Assembly: GCA_043228905.1 (NCBI GenBank)
Contig: JBHGNT010000013.1
Location: 16,616,001-16,680,000, forward strand
DNA from: Azolla caroliniana
Lineage: Eukaryota; Plantae; Polypodiophyta
Direction: 5' to 3'
Length of the DNA stretch: 64,000 bases
The notes under the pieces are model-generated. The model searched no databases. It was given only the letters and a program-made list of their open reading frames with translations, and was not told the DNA's origin. The position numbers and the translations under genes are program-made. The first letter of the stretch is position 1, and the number at the start of each line of letters is the position of its first letter. Positions 41,548 through 55,936 of the stretch are shown here, piece after piece.

Positions 41548-44500
41548 ATGGACACCTCCAAACCTAAAATTGGTAACATCATCAATCTCTTTTTGTCTAT
41601 CATTGCTGTTTTTTGTTTCTATTCTCTACTTCCCACTAAGCTCAGCTCCTTTGTTTCTGCTTGAACTTCTCCAGGAGGTGAACTGCCGTTTAGGCTAGCT
41701 CTCACTGGCTATGCTGGCCATTTACGCATCGAGCCATTGCCCCCAGTCATGACAGAGACTCCGCTTAGCTCTATCCCAGACCTCATTTTGGTAAGTGGTA
41801 TTTTCTCACGCCCGTAAAAATCTACCTTTTAGAACACAGGCTTCACGTGCTTAGCGTTCATGTTGATTTTCCCATATAAAAGTCTACATTCACACATAGC
41901 TTCATTTGCTAGATTTTCTCATTTAAACACTTCATGCAAGAATACCTGCTGCTGTCGGATAGATTAATTAAAGTTAAAGATTAGATTACAAAACTAATTT
42001 CCATAATGCAATACACATTTAACCACGCATGGTATACAATGAATATCCTTAAACTTATAATATGATCAATCAAAAATTACAAATAACATGTACAACCTGT
42101 AACAACACCGTCATATGTTTAGCATTCATTTAGTGTCTCATACTGAAGTCTACATTCAGACATAGCTTCATCTTTTTATGATTTAAAATTATGTTTACTT
42201 TTAATGTGACATTCTCCAGCCTCCAGCTCTTCCTAAAGAAAAACCAGAAATGATTCGCAAGCGCATCGAAGATAAGTATTTGCTCCCTGCCCTTGATCAT
42301 GAAGAGGACAGTGTAGACAAATGTGGGAAGTCATGGGATTTCGAATGGCTAGGAGAAGGTCTCTCTTTTCTGGAGCCTAGTTTCCCTCGAGCTTTGGTCA
42401 TGCCTGTTTGGGAGCCACCATTTCGACGGGCAAGAAAGCAGCATGAAAATGATATGGATTGGGTTCCTGGTTTTGAAGAAGTAGGATTTTCCGCATTCAC
42501 TTTCTTCCATTTTATGTGGACTTCTGAGTAGAAATTATAAAAAGAATCAAATGCTTTCTGAGGCCTCCATGATACAAAGAAAAATAATCCATTCAATTCT
42601 ATATTACCACACTTCATGCCTTAATTGCTTTTCCACGTTACAGTCAACCATGTTGGCTCCATGGTGTAGCACTATGCTTCATGTATGGTAACTTGTTTTG
42701 CTAAGTTTCATTCATAAATCAGCTTGTGTTTGAAGGTCGAACTTACCCAACATGGGGAGGCACGTAATTCATCGTCAGTGTTAAGGAAGCCAGGTCCTCC
42801 AGAAGATTTTGTAAAAGGAAGCACAGGCAATCATCCATTTTTACCAGGAGGGTTTGATCTTTCACATACACTGGACAAGAGTAACAAAGAACGTAAAGCG
42901 GAAACTGATGGACTACAAACTCTATTGGAAGGAGGGCAGCTCTTCACAGTGCCACCAGGATTTTCACGAGGCATAACCTTCGATACTTGTGAGGTATGAA
43001 CTTAGGAGGTCGCATAACTACAAATTTAAACTCCAAATCACTATCAGAAAAGAATTCGCTGACCAGCAAAAAGAATGAATGAACGATGATACAGCCTTTC
43101 TCAGCTCGTAGACAGGTTCAGGCAGATGAAGGAATTCAAGTGACCAAGCAAAGTAGCAAAGTAAGCGGCATGCAGTTGTGGTATTTGCCGCATGTAAATT
43201 CATTTCAAGTGCTCTTAATTGGAATGTCCTGTGTACTCCAGGATCTGCATAAAGTAAACTTAAAGGACATCTTCAAGCGAGCATGGGAAGAAGAACAAAG
43301 TGGAGAAGTTGATGGAGGTTGGTTAAATCTAGCGTTTCTGATATTATTCTGAAATGCAAGGTCATTGGTTGTAATCCAAGTTCATCTTTTGTAGTCCGGT
43401 CCTGGGATGACTGGATAGGGTATGCATGGTGGCAGAAATTACAAATCAAATTTTTTATATCAGTGTCAGTTTTAATGGCTTTCAACTCTTGCATATTGCA
43501 GGTGCTAAGTTACTCCCTGCAGAGAAGGACTTGATTGATGAAAGCCAAGAAAAAGATAATAGTATAAAAGAAGAGCAAGAGGAAGAGACAATCATTCTCG
43601 AGGATATTCTTGCACATGTCAAGAAAGAAACAGTAGTGACTAAGAAGACTGAAGAAAACAAGGAACATGATCAGGTACTCTTTTCAGTTTTTGACGCACT
43701 TGAACTTTATAGATATATCCAGCAAAAAATATTGTATAGAGCATTAGCTGTTTCTTTTTACCCAGTGAAGAAGAGTCATATATCCTGGATATGGGACGAT
43801 GAGCATGCAGTTATAGTTAATTCACAAGATTGCACTGGATCCCATGTCCAGGATTTAAAGCAATCGAAGTATCACCAAAATCTGTTTAGATATTGCTTTT
43901 GCATGTGTCATAGTCAATCCCCAATCATGTAAGGAATCTGCCATTGCAGTGAAAGTTCCTTAACAGCCACCTTATACCAATATCTCATGAATAAATAAAT
44001 GTACGATTTGCATCTTAAGATCTTTATTGCCGTATTTTATGCTCTTTAATCTTTATGTTTGCGAGTTTTGTAGAAATGGGTCGTGAAGGGAGGTTGTGAA
44101 GGTCTTTTGGAACGCTTCTCTGATTTTGTTCCAGATATGGCATTATCTTTTCCATTTGAACTTGATGGTTTTCAGAAAGAGGTAACAGAACTCTGTCATG
44201 ATGGCTTTGTAGATAGCGAGAATAGCATGGAAAATTTCTATTCATGGAGCATGTTGGGCATCTTCTTTAGTTCTGACACTGTTATCTATTCAGGCTATAT
44301 ACCACCTTGAAAACAATGAGTCTGTATTTGTTGCTGCACATACCTCAGCTGGAAAGACTGTAGTCGCAGAATATGCATTTGCTTTGTCAATGAAAGTAGG
44401 TGAATTTGAAATTAATAATTATTTTTCTAGGATTAAGAAAAGGGTATTGTGACATTTTTCTAAGTTATAATCTTTTTGTGACTTTTATATAGCACTGCAC

Positions 44501-47500
44501 CAGAGCTGTGTACACATCCCCCATTAAAACTATCAGCAATCAGAAATATCGAGACTTCTCAGACAGGTTTGATGTTGGAATAATAACTGGTGATATAAGC
44601 TTAAGGCCAGAAGCATCTTGCCTGATTATGACAACAGAGATTTTGCGGTCCATGCTATACAAAGGAGCAGACATCATACGGGATATTGAATGGGTAAATA
44701 CAATGAACTTTCCTCCATTTCTATCTCTCTGCAATGTTTGTTAGTAAAATTCTCGAACATCAATACTCACTATTCGATTCCACACATATAATGTGAAAAT
44801 GTTTCACTTTTGTTTCCATAGGTCATATTTGACCTCTGTAGAGGATAATAAAATATATCTATCCATCTGCAACAATATCCCTTTTATACAGTTTTAGTAC
44901 ATTGCATGAGGAGGATAGTGGAGAAATTTGAGAAGGCATGGAAGATCGGCAAAGACATTTGGGAATCACTTTTACAATGTAAGCGGGCCCCCATGGAGTC
45001 TGCTCAGAAAATTAATGACTTAATTTCTCAAGTCTAATTTCAATTCTTTGGATCTTTTGAAGTAGGATGCCTTTGGGAAAATTATGGTTCCAAAGATTGA
45101 GTGGAATAGTTAAGGTAGGTTATTTTAGGCTTCCTTGGAAAAATTATGCTGCATGTAGTTCAGGAGGAGACGATGAAGCATGTAAGAAAAGGGATGCTGA
45201 GATGGCTCATAATTATCAATCTTAACTTTTCTCCATTTGTATTATGAATCAGATCATAATACTTCATGTCATGTGGCTCTAGTCTATGTGATGCATACTG
45301 CAGAGAGATCTCAATGTCAGAAAGAAATAAGAGAAAATGTAGATGAATCTATTATTTTATCACAACCGAGGAAAACTGAAAAGAGATCAGCTGATGCAGA
45401 GAAGGAAATTAGGGAGGGACCCTCTCAACAGTTAACTCATGTCATGTCTTTCTCACAAGCCCAACTATGGCCTGTGTTTCAGTTTTTCTGAGGGACATCT
45501 AACAATATTACCAATACAGCCATAAATAGACCAGAAATTTGAAATTCCATAGTTCTTCTGCATACCAATCGTAAACTCTTTTGTTGGTCTTTGTTATAAT
45601 TCTTATATATTGCCATACTATCAAACACATTTAATGTGGCGTATGCATTTATTATCTTTTCATTTATAGTAATATAGATTCTTCATTGAAAAAAAACCAA
45701 ATACCAGCAACTTGAAACTCTAGTTTTTTGGCTATTTGATTTGAGGTCATCATAAGCAAATCAGCAGCTCATATTTTGGAACATTTCATTTCATATGGTA
45801 TAGTTTCTCTTGAGAGAAACAATCCCACTAGAGGAAATCAAATCATCGTGTAGATTATGAAGGGAGAGCTTTGGAATAGTTCAGTTGAAGGCTCCAGCCT
45901 TGCATGTTCAGATTGAAACAAGATAGGTTTTTGATACGATAAGATGTGCAGGTAAAGGTGGGTCTAAATCTTATTAGACAAAGTCAGATTTTTTAGGCAG
46001 GTAATTGGCAAGCAGAAAAACTATGTTTCTGATAGAACCATATATATACTGGCAATGTGAAACTCTAGTTTTATGGATCTTTGGTTTGGGGTTGCCAATA
46101 AATAGATGACTATCTTCAATTTTTGCAACATGATACATTTCGTATCATAGAGGATACCTCCTCTTGACAGGAATGATTATAAGCAGAGTAAGCCAAATCA
46201 TCCTTTAGTTCTATTAAGGAACTGTTGAGATTAAATCTATAGCTTATGAAGGGAATGCCTAGACTAATACAGCTGTAGATTGTCACCTTTGTTGGGCAAC
46301 CATCGTCACTTTTTGTAGCATAATAAATTCTGTATGATGGAAGATAACTCCTGTTGAGAGGAGTGATTGTATGTAGCGGAAGACAAAATCGTCCTATAGT
46401 TCTACCAAGGAAGTAGGGAATGCCTAGACTAGTACAGCTGTAGACTGTAGCCTTTGTTGGATGACTATCTTCACTTTTTGTAGAATGATATTTTTCATAT
46501 CATAGAGGATACCTTCTCTTGAGAGGAAGGGTAGTATGTGGAGGAACAGAAATCTCCGTATTGTTCTATCAAGGGAGTGCGTAGATGAACTCTATAGCTT
46601 ATAAAGAGAATGTCTAGACTAGTACAGCTGTAGTGTAGTCTCTGTTGGTTGACTATCTTCACTTTTTGTAACATTATACATTTCGTATCATAGATGATAC
46701 CTCTTGAGAGGAATGATCATATATCAAGGACTTCGAGTCATCCTATAGTTCTATCAATGTAATGTCTAGATTAAATCTATAGCTTATGAAGGGAATGCCT
46801 AGACTAGTGCAACTTTGTTAGTAATGTTGACACATGATTGCTTTTTGATCAGTGATGTATTCTGATCATTTATATCTGCCAATTATTCAACATTACTATA
46901 CCATGCTATAGCCTTTGCTGGTCATAGAATGTTTTAACATATGAATTGATTTTATGTACTCATATCTGTCAATGGTTTGATAAGGTTGTGTCTTCCCTGC
47001 TCTATATATTTTCCCAGTATTTTGAAATATTGTTTGAAATATTGAAACATAATTTTTTTGCCATGACAGGTTATTTTTGATGAGGTGCATTATGTAAATG
47101 ATGTAGAAAGAGGGGTTGTTTGGGAAGAAGTTATTATCATGCTTCCAAATCATGTGAATATGGTTTTTTTGTCAGCAACAGTAAGTATGTCTTCTTGCAT
47201 TGAATTCAACTATCTTTCAAGCTGTTTATTTTCAGGAGTCTTGATAAATGCATTTCTTCTTTATTACCACTTGGTCTCTCTCACCTTGAAGAAAGAGCAG
47301 AACTAATTTGTTCAACTGTTTACAAGTCTCACATTTATGTATGAGTGCATCTTTTCTAGTGTTCATATAATCTATGGCCCTAGTAGTTTCCCAAACTCAA
47401 TGTTCCAGTTCTTTAGTTTGTTTTATTTTTGTCTATCTCATACCATGAAGATGGGCATCTATTTTATTACTTTCTGCATTTTTGATGCACTGAATCCATT

Positions 47501-50500
47501 TTTGGTTGTTATATGGTTTCACAGGTACCAAACATATACGACTTTGCAGACTGGATTGGCCGTACAAAACAAAAGAAAATTTTTGTGACTAAGTAACTAC
47601 ACTTCCTATTTATTCGTTGGGTTATGTTGAACACATAATACTTATATTTTTCTTCTACTAAAACAACGTGAACATAATAACCATCATGTAGTTTTTTTAA
47701 GATTCCTGTTAGTGTTTATGATTAAGATATAATTTTTTTGAGTTTGAATATAGAGAGTATCTGTTTGGTTCTTTCTAATGATCGTCAATCCACTTATGCC
47801 TTTCCTCAAGGATGCACAAGTAACATGGGTTAGAGCACCTGGTTTTTCTAGTTGGCTCCTCACTGTTATGCGCAAAGACGTTTTGCAATGAATGTACCCA
47901 AGACCTGGCAACCTATTCCTGGGATCACACAAGTCCCAACTTTGCTCCCTTGAATTCATCCACTGGTACTCTACATCCTGAGGGCTTCCATGGTACCACA
48001 CCCTTAATATAATTCTAAACATACTGTGAAAATTAGTCTCTCTACCCAATTGCACCTGCCTCCAGGTGTCAATTATTTCATAGTTACAGTTATGTAATGA
48101 AATCGAGCATATAAGTAGCTAATTTTATGATAATTTGTCCAATATTATCGAAATTCTTTTGCTTCTTGAGAGGAGTATATGCAAGACAGAATTGAGAGAA
48201 ATGCCCAAGAAATGAATTAGGCCAAGACCAAATTTGAGAAACTAGAGAAATTGGCCTTTCCTTAACAGCCCTAGACCAGTCACCAAGAGGTGGAAGATCT
48301 TTGCATTGTCCTCCAACTTCCATACTGAAGAGTTCTACCATGAAATCTGTTGTCCAAGGAGTGAGTAGGTTAGCAAAATGCAAGAAACTGTAGAAATTAG
48401 CTGGCAATTATCTAAAAACAGCCCTAGACCACTCGCCAACAATCAGCAGATCATTGCATTGTCCACCAACTGCCATAGTCAAGAATTCAACATTGAAATC
48501 CTCAAAACTCAGCTTTCCATAGCCAAAAAATGTGGCAGACAGATTAGAGAGAATGGCAATCAAATCCTTCCAATTCTTCGGGTAAGTTGAGAAGCACTTG
48601 GAGTTGGAGAGGAAAAATGATGCACTAGGTAAATAAGCACTTGTTGATGGAACATAATTATTCTTTCCATACTGACTTTTGCAAACTTATTTATTCAGTT
48701 TTGATGTAGGAAGGCTGGAATTCTCTCTTTTTCTGAACATACTTGGATCCCTTAAAAAGGTTTGTCTGATATGTGTATTTTCTCTTATCCAGAACGCACC
48801 GGAGACCAGTACCTCTAGAGCACTGTCTCTATTACTCAGGCGAATTGTACAAGATTTGTGATGAAAACAGATTTTTACCTCAGGGAGTGAAGGAAGCAAG
48901 AGATGCATTTAATACAAAAAATGCTCCAAAAGTAGGACCCGCCGCAGGTCCTGGCGGACAAGGAGGCCGTGGTAAAGTAACAGGAGGACAAAAAAGCTCT
49001 GGGCAGTCGGGGGCTGGTTTCATCCCCCCAAGGAGTGGCAATGGAGGATGGAAGTCTGAAACATCTCAATGGTATTCTCTAGTCAAGTACCTGTCAAAAA
49101 GAGGTCTTTTACCTGTAAGTTCATGCAAGACATTGCAGATAATGGGTGTACCTGTGTATTTTTTGTTCATCCATTTCTTAATTATCGTTCTTCAAGGTTC
49201 ATGGTTTTGTTGTCCTTTTAGCAAGTAATAGGATAAGTGTAACGGAGCCAGGGTAATGACATTGATTCACTTCTTTCACGTATGGTATGGTGTAAACCCA
49301 GCAATTATGATTTACACAATGTCTTTCTTCCATTAACTTCAATCTCTCATGTTTTTTCCAAAGGTTTTCATCATTATATAGAGATGGAAAAGCTTGATGT
49401 GTTTCTCTCTTTGAGAGTTTGATGTTTCAGTGTATTGAGTTGACTTACAAGAATATAATATCTCATTTTTGGCATGCACCTTGGAATATTTTTCCTTTCC
49501 AAAACCAGTAGGAATGTATCATTCTTATTAATAAATATGGCTTAGCTTATACTATGTGCCTTGCTTTACACTTTTGTACCTTCAACAGTCATGTATGCTT
49601 ATGAAAGCTTCAAAATTTTAAGCAATTTTTTTTGTTTGGAGCTGTTTTATCTATTTTCAGCTCAAAAGCATTCTGAACTCTTTTTAGGTTGTGGTGTTTT
49701 GTTTTTCCAGAAAGCGTTGCGACAAGTCAGCAGACAGTTTGACTGCTGCTGATCTGACAAGTGCGTCAGAGAAGAGCGAGATCCGAGTTTTTTGTGACAA
49801 GGGATTTTCAAGACTTAAAGGATCTGATCGGAGATTACCACAGGTACTGACATTGGAATGCACATGAATATGTCTAGTATTATGCATTGTCATTCTTAGA
49901 TAGCATTGTCTTAAGGTCATGTTCATGGAAATTCAAGTGATATCTTTCTTCTCATTATTCTTCAAGAGCACATGAATGTTATGCTATTTTAACTCATAAA
50001 TATGAATATGCTCCTTGCATAAGAACGGGTTTTTCAAGGTCTGGTTGCATAGTGCGTTATGATCTGATATCTCTTCATGTGACATGAATAGCATAATATG
50101 CATTATTAGATGTGAAGAGCTTATCTTTGTGTGGCTTATTGAAGGTCGTGAGAGTAGAGGACCTACTACGCAGAGGAATTGGAGTGCATCATGCAGGTCT
50201 TCTCCCAATTGTAAAGGAAGTGGTGGAAATGCTATTTTGTCGTGGTGTGATAAAGGTAGGTGCTTCTTTGATGGGGATATATCTTTTATAAAGATGCATA
50301 TGTATGTGTGAGGATGCAAAGGGCAAGATAGTCCATGCACTTATTTGAGAACCAAACCACCCAAAATCAAATAGTAAGAAATTTAAATAGTGTTCATCAA
50401 CAAGATTTATTATGAGTGATGCGCTTCAGAATGATAAGGCAAGAAGTTGCAAGTTCTATTCTTCACCACACCTTCAAGAAAATCTCAGAAAAACAAAATG

Positions 50501-53500
50501 AAAAGAAAGAATTTTATAAGAGGAATATAGAAAAACATATGACATCCAAAATTTGACTCTCCCAACCTTTGATAGGAAAGAAATGTCGATTTCATTCTCT
50601 GTCTCCAAAGATCAGTTTTTTGCATGAAAATACTTGTTGGAACCGTTTGGAGATGAAGAGCATGGTGCTGACGAGAATATTCTCCACCAATCATGCTTGA
50701 TGTCGTATGACACCTGTGACAGAAACAGACAGCTCTTACTTCGTCGCCACATTGCAGCCTCGTCTGACCTCCTAAAAAAACATGTGATGGCTTGTATCCC
50801 CTCCCCCCCCCGGCCCTGCCCCCCATTTAGAACGTAGCCCCTCCTTCCATAGCATTGCTCATCCTTGAAAATATTATGCAACAAGAGTTAAAAAAGTGTC
50901 CTCCACTCTTGTTGCTTTTTTTAATCTTTTCTTGTCGTTGCTTATTTTCTTTGCACCAGTCATGGCATTTTTTTTCATGTCTATTTCTATTCCTCTTTTA
51001 GATGGGCCTTATCTTCTCTATAAAAATTTATCCCCAAATTATAGTTATGGCCTAAGCCATATCCAAGCTCAACTCTCGTAGAATTTGATTCTTAAATTGC
51101 TTTATGCACCATTCTCCAATTTCTGTGCCATTAGGGCATTCAGTTTGTCATTTGGATGTCTTCATCTTACTTTGAAAAAAAATGCTGGTAGAAAAATTAG
51201 CTTTCTCCTTACGACTGGCAGGAACAATAATGACCTCCACATTAGCTGAGTGTAAGTGGAGATATAAATGTAATGCACATCTATTACCCACATAAGCCTG
51301 TGGAAATGATTTGTCTCATCATCCCACTAGACACTCCTTGAGAATGAGAATGGTTGTTGTCTAGCAATCATGGCACTTTCCAAGTTTCGAATGGGACAAG
51401 CATATTCCATATCTGTAGAATGAAAGGAACACATGACAGATAACTAAAGGTTCGAGGCCCCCATCTCGGGGTTTTTTGTGTAAAGGATTAGCTCATCTAC
51501 TTGTGATACATGTGATGCTTGTTAGGTATTGTCTATGTCAGTTCATTGCACACTTTTGGATTTGATTTTCAGCTTTTTATTATAGGTATTGTTTTCAACA
51601 GAGACCTTTGCCATGGGCGTCAATGCACCAGCGCGAACGGTGAGCTTTCTTTTTTTATCAAAAATGGTGGAGATGATTTCCCCCCTTTTTCTTCTCTATT
51701 ATTGATTTTTTGTTTGATTCGCATAATATATGATTTGCTAATATTTCACTCATAAATTTGAATTGTGAATAATGAAGGAATGATATAAACAAGATTGGAT
51801 GTTCAGAAGACATCCACAAGCAATCTTCTACTTTATGTAGAAAATGAATTTCTCCAATACCTTATACATAGGCCAGAAACACGCCAATGTTTTCACTGTC
51901 AAATTTTTTGATGTGACTTGGCATTATGGAATGTATATTTTGTGTTTGCAACAAATAATTTTTTAGTAACATAATTTGCTAGTGTTTCTCAATTTGACAC
52001 TGATTTAAAGGGTATGGCACATTCCTTTGTCAACCTGTCTTTTTGGTAGAGATCTTAATGTAAATCCTCAATTTGATTTCTTCTCACTGTTCAAATTCTG
52101 CAGGTTGCTTTTCATAGTTTCAGAAAGCATGATGGAAAAACATTCAGGCAGCTTCTCCCAGGTGAATATACACAAATGGCTGGTCGAGCAGGGCGTAGAG
52201 GTCTTGATAAGGTTTGGTTCTTTTGTAAGGATGCATGCTTCAGCTACATGCTAACTAGGGTAATTTCTTAATCTGAATGTCTGGCATGAAGGTGGGGACT
52301 GTTGTCATCATGTGCTGGGATGATATACCTCAAGAAGGAGATCTTCAACGGCTGCTTACTGGGACACCAACAGAGTTGGAGTCACAATTCCGATTGACTT
52401 ACAATATGATACTCAATCTTCTTCGTGTAGAAGATTTAAAGGTGATTCTCATCATTCTGAGATTGCATGAAATAAGGCACTATATTTTGAACAAGATTGT
52501 TGGAGTGAGATCCTCATTATTTTGAAAGTGTTAAAATGATCAATAGCAACATAGTGGAGTCAATGGATTGACTTAGTACAAAAACCTGGTTGATCTCTCC
52601 ATAAGCACAGGTGCATTGGACACGTTACTCTGTGACGAGTCAGATGACCATCAACACGGTTTGCGTTCAATAAAGAATCTGACATCACCTGGTAGTGTAT
52701 TCAGAACAGCTGCTGTCCTCATATGCTTGGTGGTGGACATCAATTTAGATGTTGGCTATTGTCTGACAGCAGTTGATTCATATCTGGATGAGTGAGTGGA
52801 TCTTCTTGGGTGGGAGATGAAAGGAGACATGGTTTCCTTGCATGTTGGAGGTACTGAGAATGCTATTTAGTTCAAAGAAGTATTCTGTTTCATGCTGAAT
52901 AATAAGACCAGGCCTCATTTGCCCCCTTGTCTTATGGTCCTCAAGACTTGGCAGTGACCTGATTCATTTCAATGCTAATTCGAGTTTTCAAACTTCCATT
53001 CATAGTCACAAACTTTTGACAATGGAAAACACCATTCCACTTTCGGAGAGAGTCCAATCAATCACTTTGCTCTAGTGACCCTGAATTCAAAAGGATTTTC
53101 ATCAGTTATTTCATTCTCTAGGCCGTTGGGGTGCATGGGGATATCCTCTCATGGAAACTTCCTCAACATGTTGATTTTTCTACAGCTCAATACTTGTAGG
53201 CATAGCATGCATTGCAGTCTATTTATTGAAGGGCACACCCTCTGTTTCACAAGTTTTTATTATTCTAGTTCGTTTCACGATCATAGCAATAATCTCGTTT
53301 TTCAACTTGTTATAATGAACAGGTTGAAGATATGCTGAAGAGAAGCTTTGCAGAATTTCATGCTCAACGGTCTCTTCCTGCTCAAAAGCAGGAACTACAA
53401 CGGAAAGAGGGTGCACTATCAGACTTGAAGTCAACAATAAAGTGAAGCGTTAACACTATATAGGATCTGTTGTATAGGTCTTATTTTCAATTATGAACAG

Positions 53501-55781
53501 ATTGATGACTAACGAATTTGTCTATGCTGAATGACAGCTGCATACTTGGAGAACCAACTATTGAAGAATATTATGAGAATGCACTGCAGGCTGAGGTACT
53601 TGGTGCTGAAATACATAATGTTGTGATGCAATCCAAGGCTGCACAGCAGCTACTTACTCCTGGGAGAGTGGTGGTTGTCTACAACCCTCTTGTATGATTC
53701 TAAACCATTGAAACATTATGTATTAATTAATGCTCAAATTAAGGCTCTAATTTGTTTCCTCTTAAAATCCTTGTAGACTCCAGTGCCTACTCTAGGTGTC
53801 GTCTTAAAGGGTCCCACTGCTGCAGTAAAAAATTGGATCGTTCTGGCAATAAATCGAGGCCCTGATCTCTTTCAACCAACTACCAGAAAAAACCCTGAAA
53901 ATGAAGTGGTTGGACAGCCAGCTGAAGGAGGTTATTTTATGACCCGTAAAAGCAGTAGGGGTCTAGAAGATGAGTACTCAGTTGCTGGACGAGGTTCCAG
54001 AAAAGGCACTGGGATTATTAAAGTTTCATTTCCCTATTACGGAACATCAGGAGGAACTGGATATGTTGCAATGGAGGTAGATGCAAATGGCTTTGTGAAT
54101 ATATGCAAGTTGAAAATGCAGGTTGATACAGTTCGTCTTCTTGAGGATGTAAGCGCTGCAGCTTATTCACTGACTGTACAACAGCTACTGCAACTAGAAA
54201 AGGATTATCCAGATCAAGACCCTCCTTCTGTTGATCCAAAAGGTGTAAAATAAGATTGTTTCAAAATTCATCAAGCTTTTGTTGATGAACACCCTTTAAA
54301 CCCATCAAATTTTATATGTTTAGATCTCAAGCTCACAGATAGGCACATGGTTGAGGTTTACCTTGCCCGTCAACACCTTCTAGATAAAATGGCAAGAAAT
54401 CAGTGTCATCGTTGCATTAAGCTAAAGGAGCACTATGGCATGGTTAAAGCGCAATTTGATTTGAAGGAGAAACTGAACCAAATAAAATATAACCTTTCTG
54501 ATGCTGCATTAGGAAAAATGCCTGATTTTCGGCAAAGAGTAAGTAAGTGGTGACATTTCTAAAATGTTGGCATGTTCAACAGTATGAATCACATTCCTTT
54601 CCTTTTCTTTGGACAGATTGAAGTGCTGCAGAAAGTAGGTTGTATTGATGCAGAACTATCAGTTCAACTTAAAGGAAGGGTTGCATGTGAAATTAATAGT
54701 GGAGATGAGCTCATAGCAACTGAGTGTCTGTTTGAGAATCAACTTGTTGATCTAGATGCAGCAGAAGCTGTAGCTTTATTATCTGCTCTTGTATTTCAGC
54801 AGAATGATGTCAGTGAGCCTGTATTGACACCTCACCTTCAGGGCGCAAAAGAAAGGTAGATATTCTGTTTAATATATTCTCTTACATTTGTTGCTTGATC
54901 AATTCATTTGCACAATAATCCTTTTTAAAGCTATCGAAAATTTATAACTAGTTTGGCAAATATTCTTTGTTTTTTTTTCTGCAAGTCTAGGATGATCAAG
55001 ACAGCTGTTCGACTTGGTGAAACCCAAGCAGGATACAATTTACCAATTGATCCAGAGGAGTATGCTCGTGGTGCGCTTAAGTTTGGGCTGGTTGAGGTAG
55101 TATATGAATGGGCGAAGGTATGTGAAGCATTTTCTTATGATACTGCATTTAGTAATGTCATATCTTCTATTCAAACTAAATACAACTCAGCAATGACTGA
55201 GCAATTATTTCAAGATGTTCATAATGCCCTCCATTATCCTCAAGCTCCCTTGACAAAAAAATTCTGAATAATATTATGAGTAAGAAATACACTTCTTAAG
55301 CAGGGAAGACGCTGCTATCACAGTATTATGTGAAATGTATTCATAATTTGTTTCACAAAGAAATACAATATATTATTTCAGTGTTAAGCAGGATTTATTT
55401 TGGTTCATAAATTGTCAATGCCATATCCTTGTGTCTGTATTCTGCCCTCATATATTCAGCACAAATTCACTTAACAGGATAAAGCAACGTGTACTGTTCC
55501 ACTTGATGGTCACCTCATTTCTGCTGCATATGTATCTCATAAAACCATGTTTAATTTTGTAGGGCACTCCGTTTGCAGAGATTTGTGAGCTGACTGATGT
55601 TCAGGAAGGTACTATTGTTAGAACAATCGTGAGGCTTGATGAAACATGTCGAGAATTCAGAAATGCTGCACGCATTATAGGCGATTCTTTGTTATACCAG
55701 AAAATGGCTGATGCATCGGAAGCTATTAAAAGAGACATTGTCTTTGCAGCCAGCCTATATGTAGCTGGTGTGCCCACTTAA
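41548..55781 (+). CDS. SKI2: SKI2 DExH-box RNA helicase (cytoplasmic exosome cofactor), >20 exons
   Basis: N-terminus [21 protein letters not shown]. Ski2-N motifs [16 protein letters not shown] and TVPPGFSRG. Helicase motifs [73 protein letters not shown] and [12 protein letters not shown]. The C-terminus is [18 protein letters not shown]...[12 protein letters not shown], with stop TAA at 55779-55781. Confidence 0.96.
46100..46815. repeat. ~165-190-bp intronic tandem repeat, ~4 copies
   Basis: gactatcttcactttttgt..catagaggatacct..tcctatagttcta..gggaatgcctagactagtacagctgtag at ~46105, 46296, 46460 and 46648. Confidence 0.88.
48185..48565. repeat. ~146-bp diverged intronic tandem repeat, 2+ copies
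   Basis: gaaact..agaaatt..aacagccctagacca..agatc.ttgcattgtcc.ccaact.ccata at 48238 and 48384. Confidence 0.8.
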
Positions 55782-55782
55782 A

Positions 55783-55936
55783 GTCTTCTGTAAGACTCTC
55801 ATGTGTCTAATCTGGTCCATTTCAATTGAATCAAAGCTTTAATTCTCTCTAGTGTGCACGTCTTCTGTAAGACTCCTATGTGTCTAATCTGGTCCATTCC
55901 AATTGAATGAAAGCTTTAATTCTCTTTAGTGTGCAC
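55783..55936. repeat. 77-bp tandem duplication immediately after the SKI2 stop codon
   Basis: gtcttctgtaagactc...ggtccatt.caattgaat.aaagctttaattctct.tagtgtgcac at 55783 and 55860. Confidence 0.92.

Noticed and set aside
50485-50884. Antisense ORFs (113 and 90 aa) in a SKI2 intron
   Set aside because: No recognisable domain, non-ATG or low-complexity starts, and no splice support.
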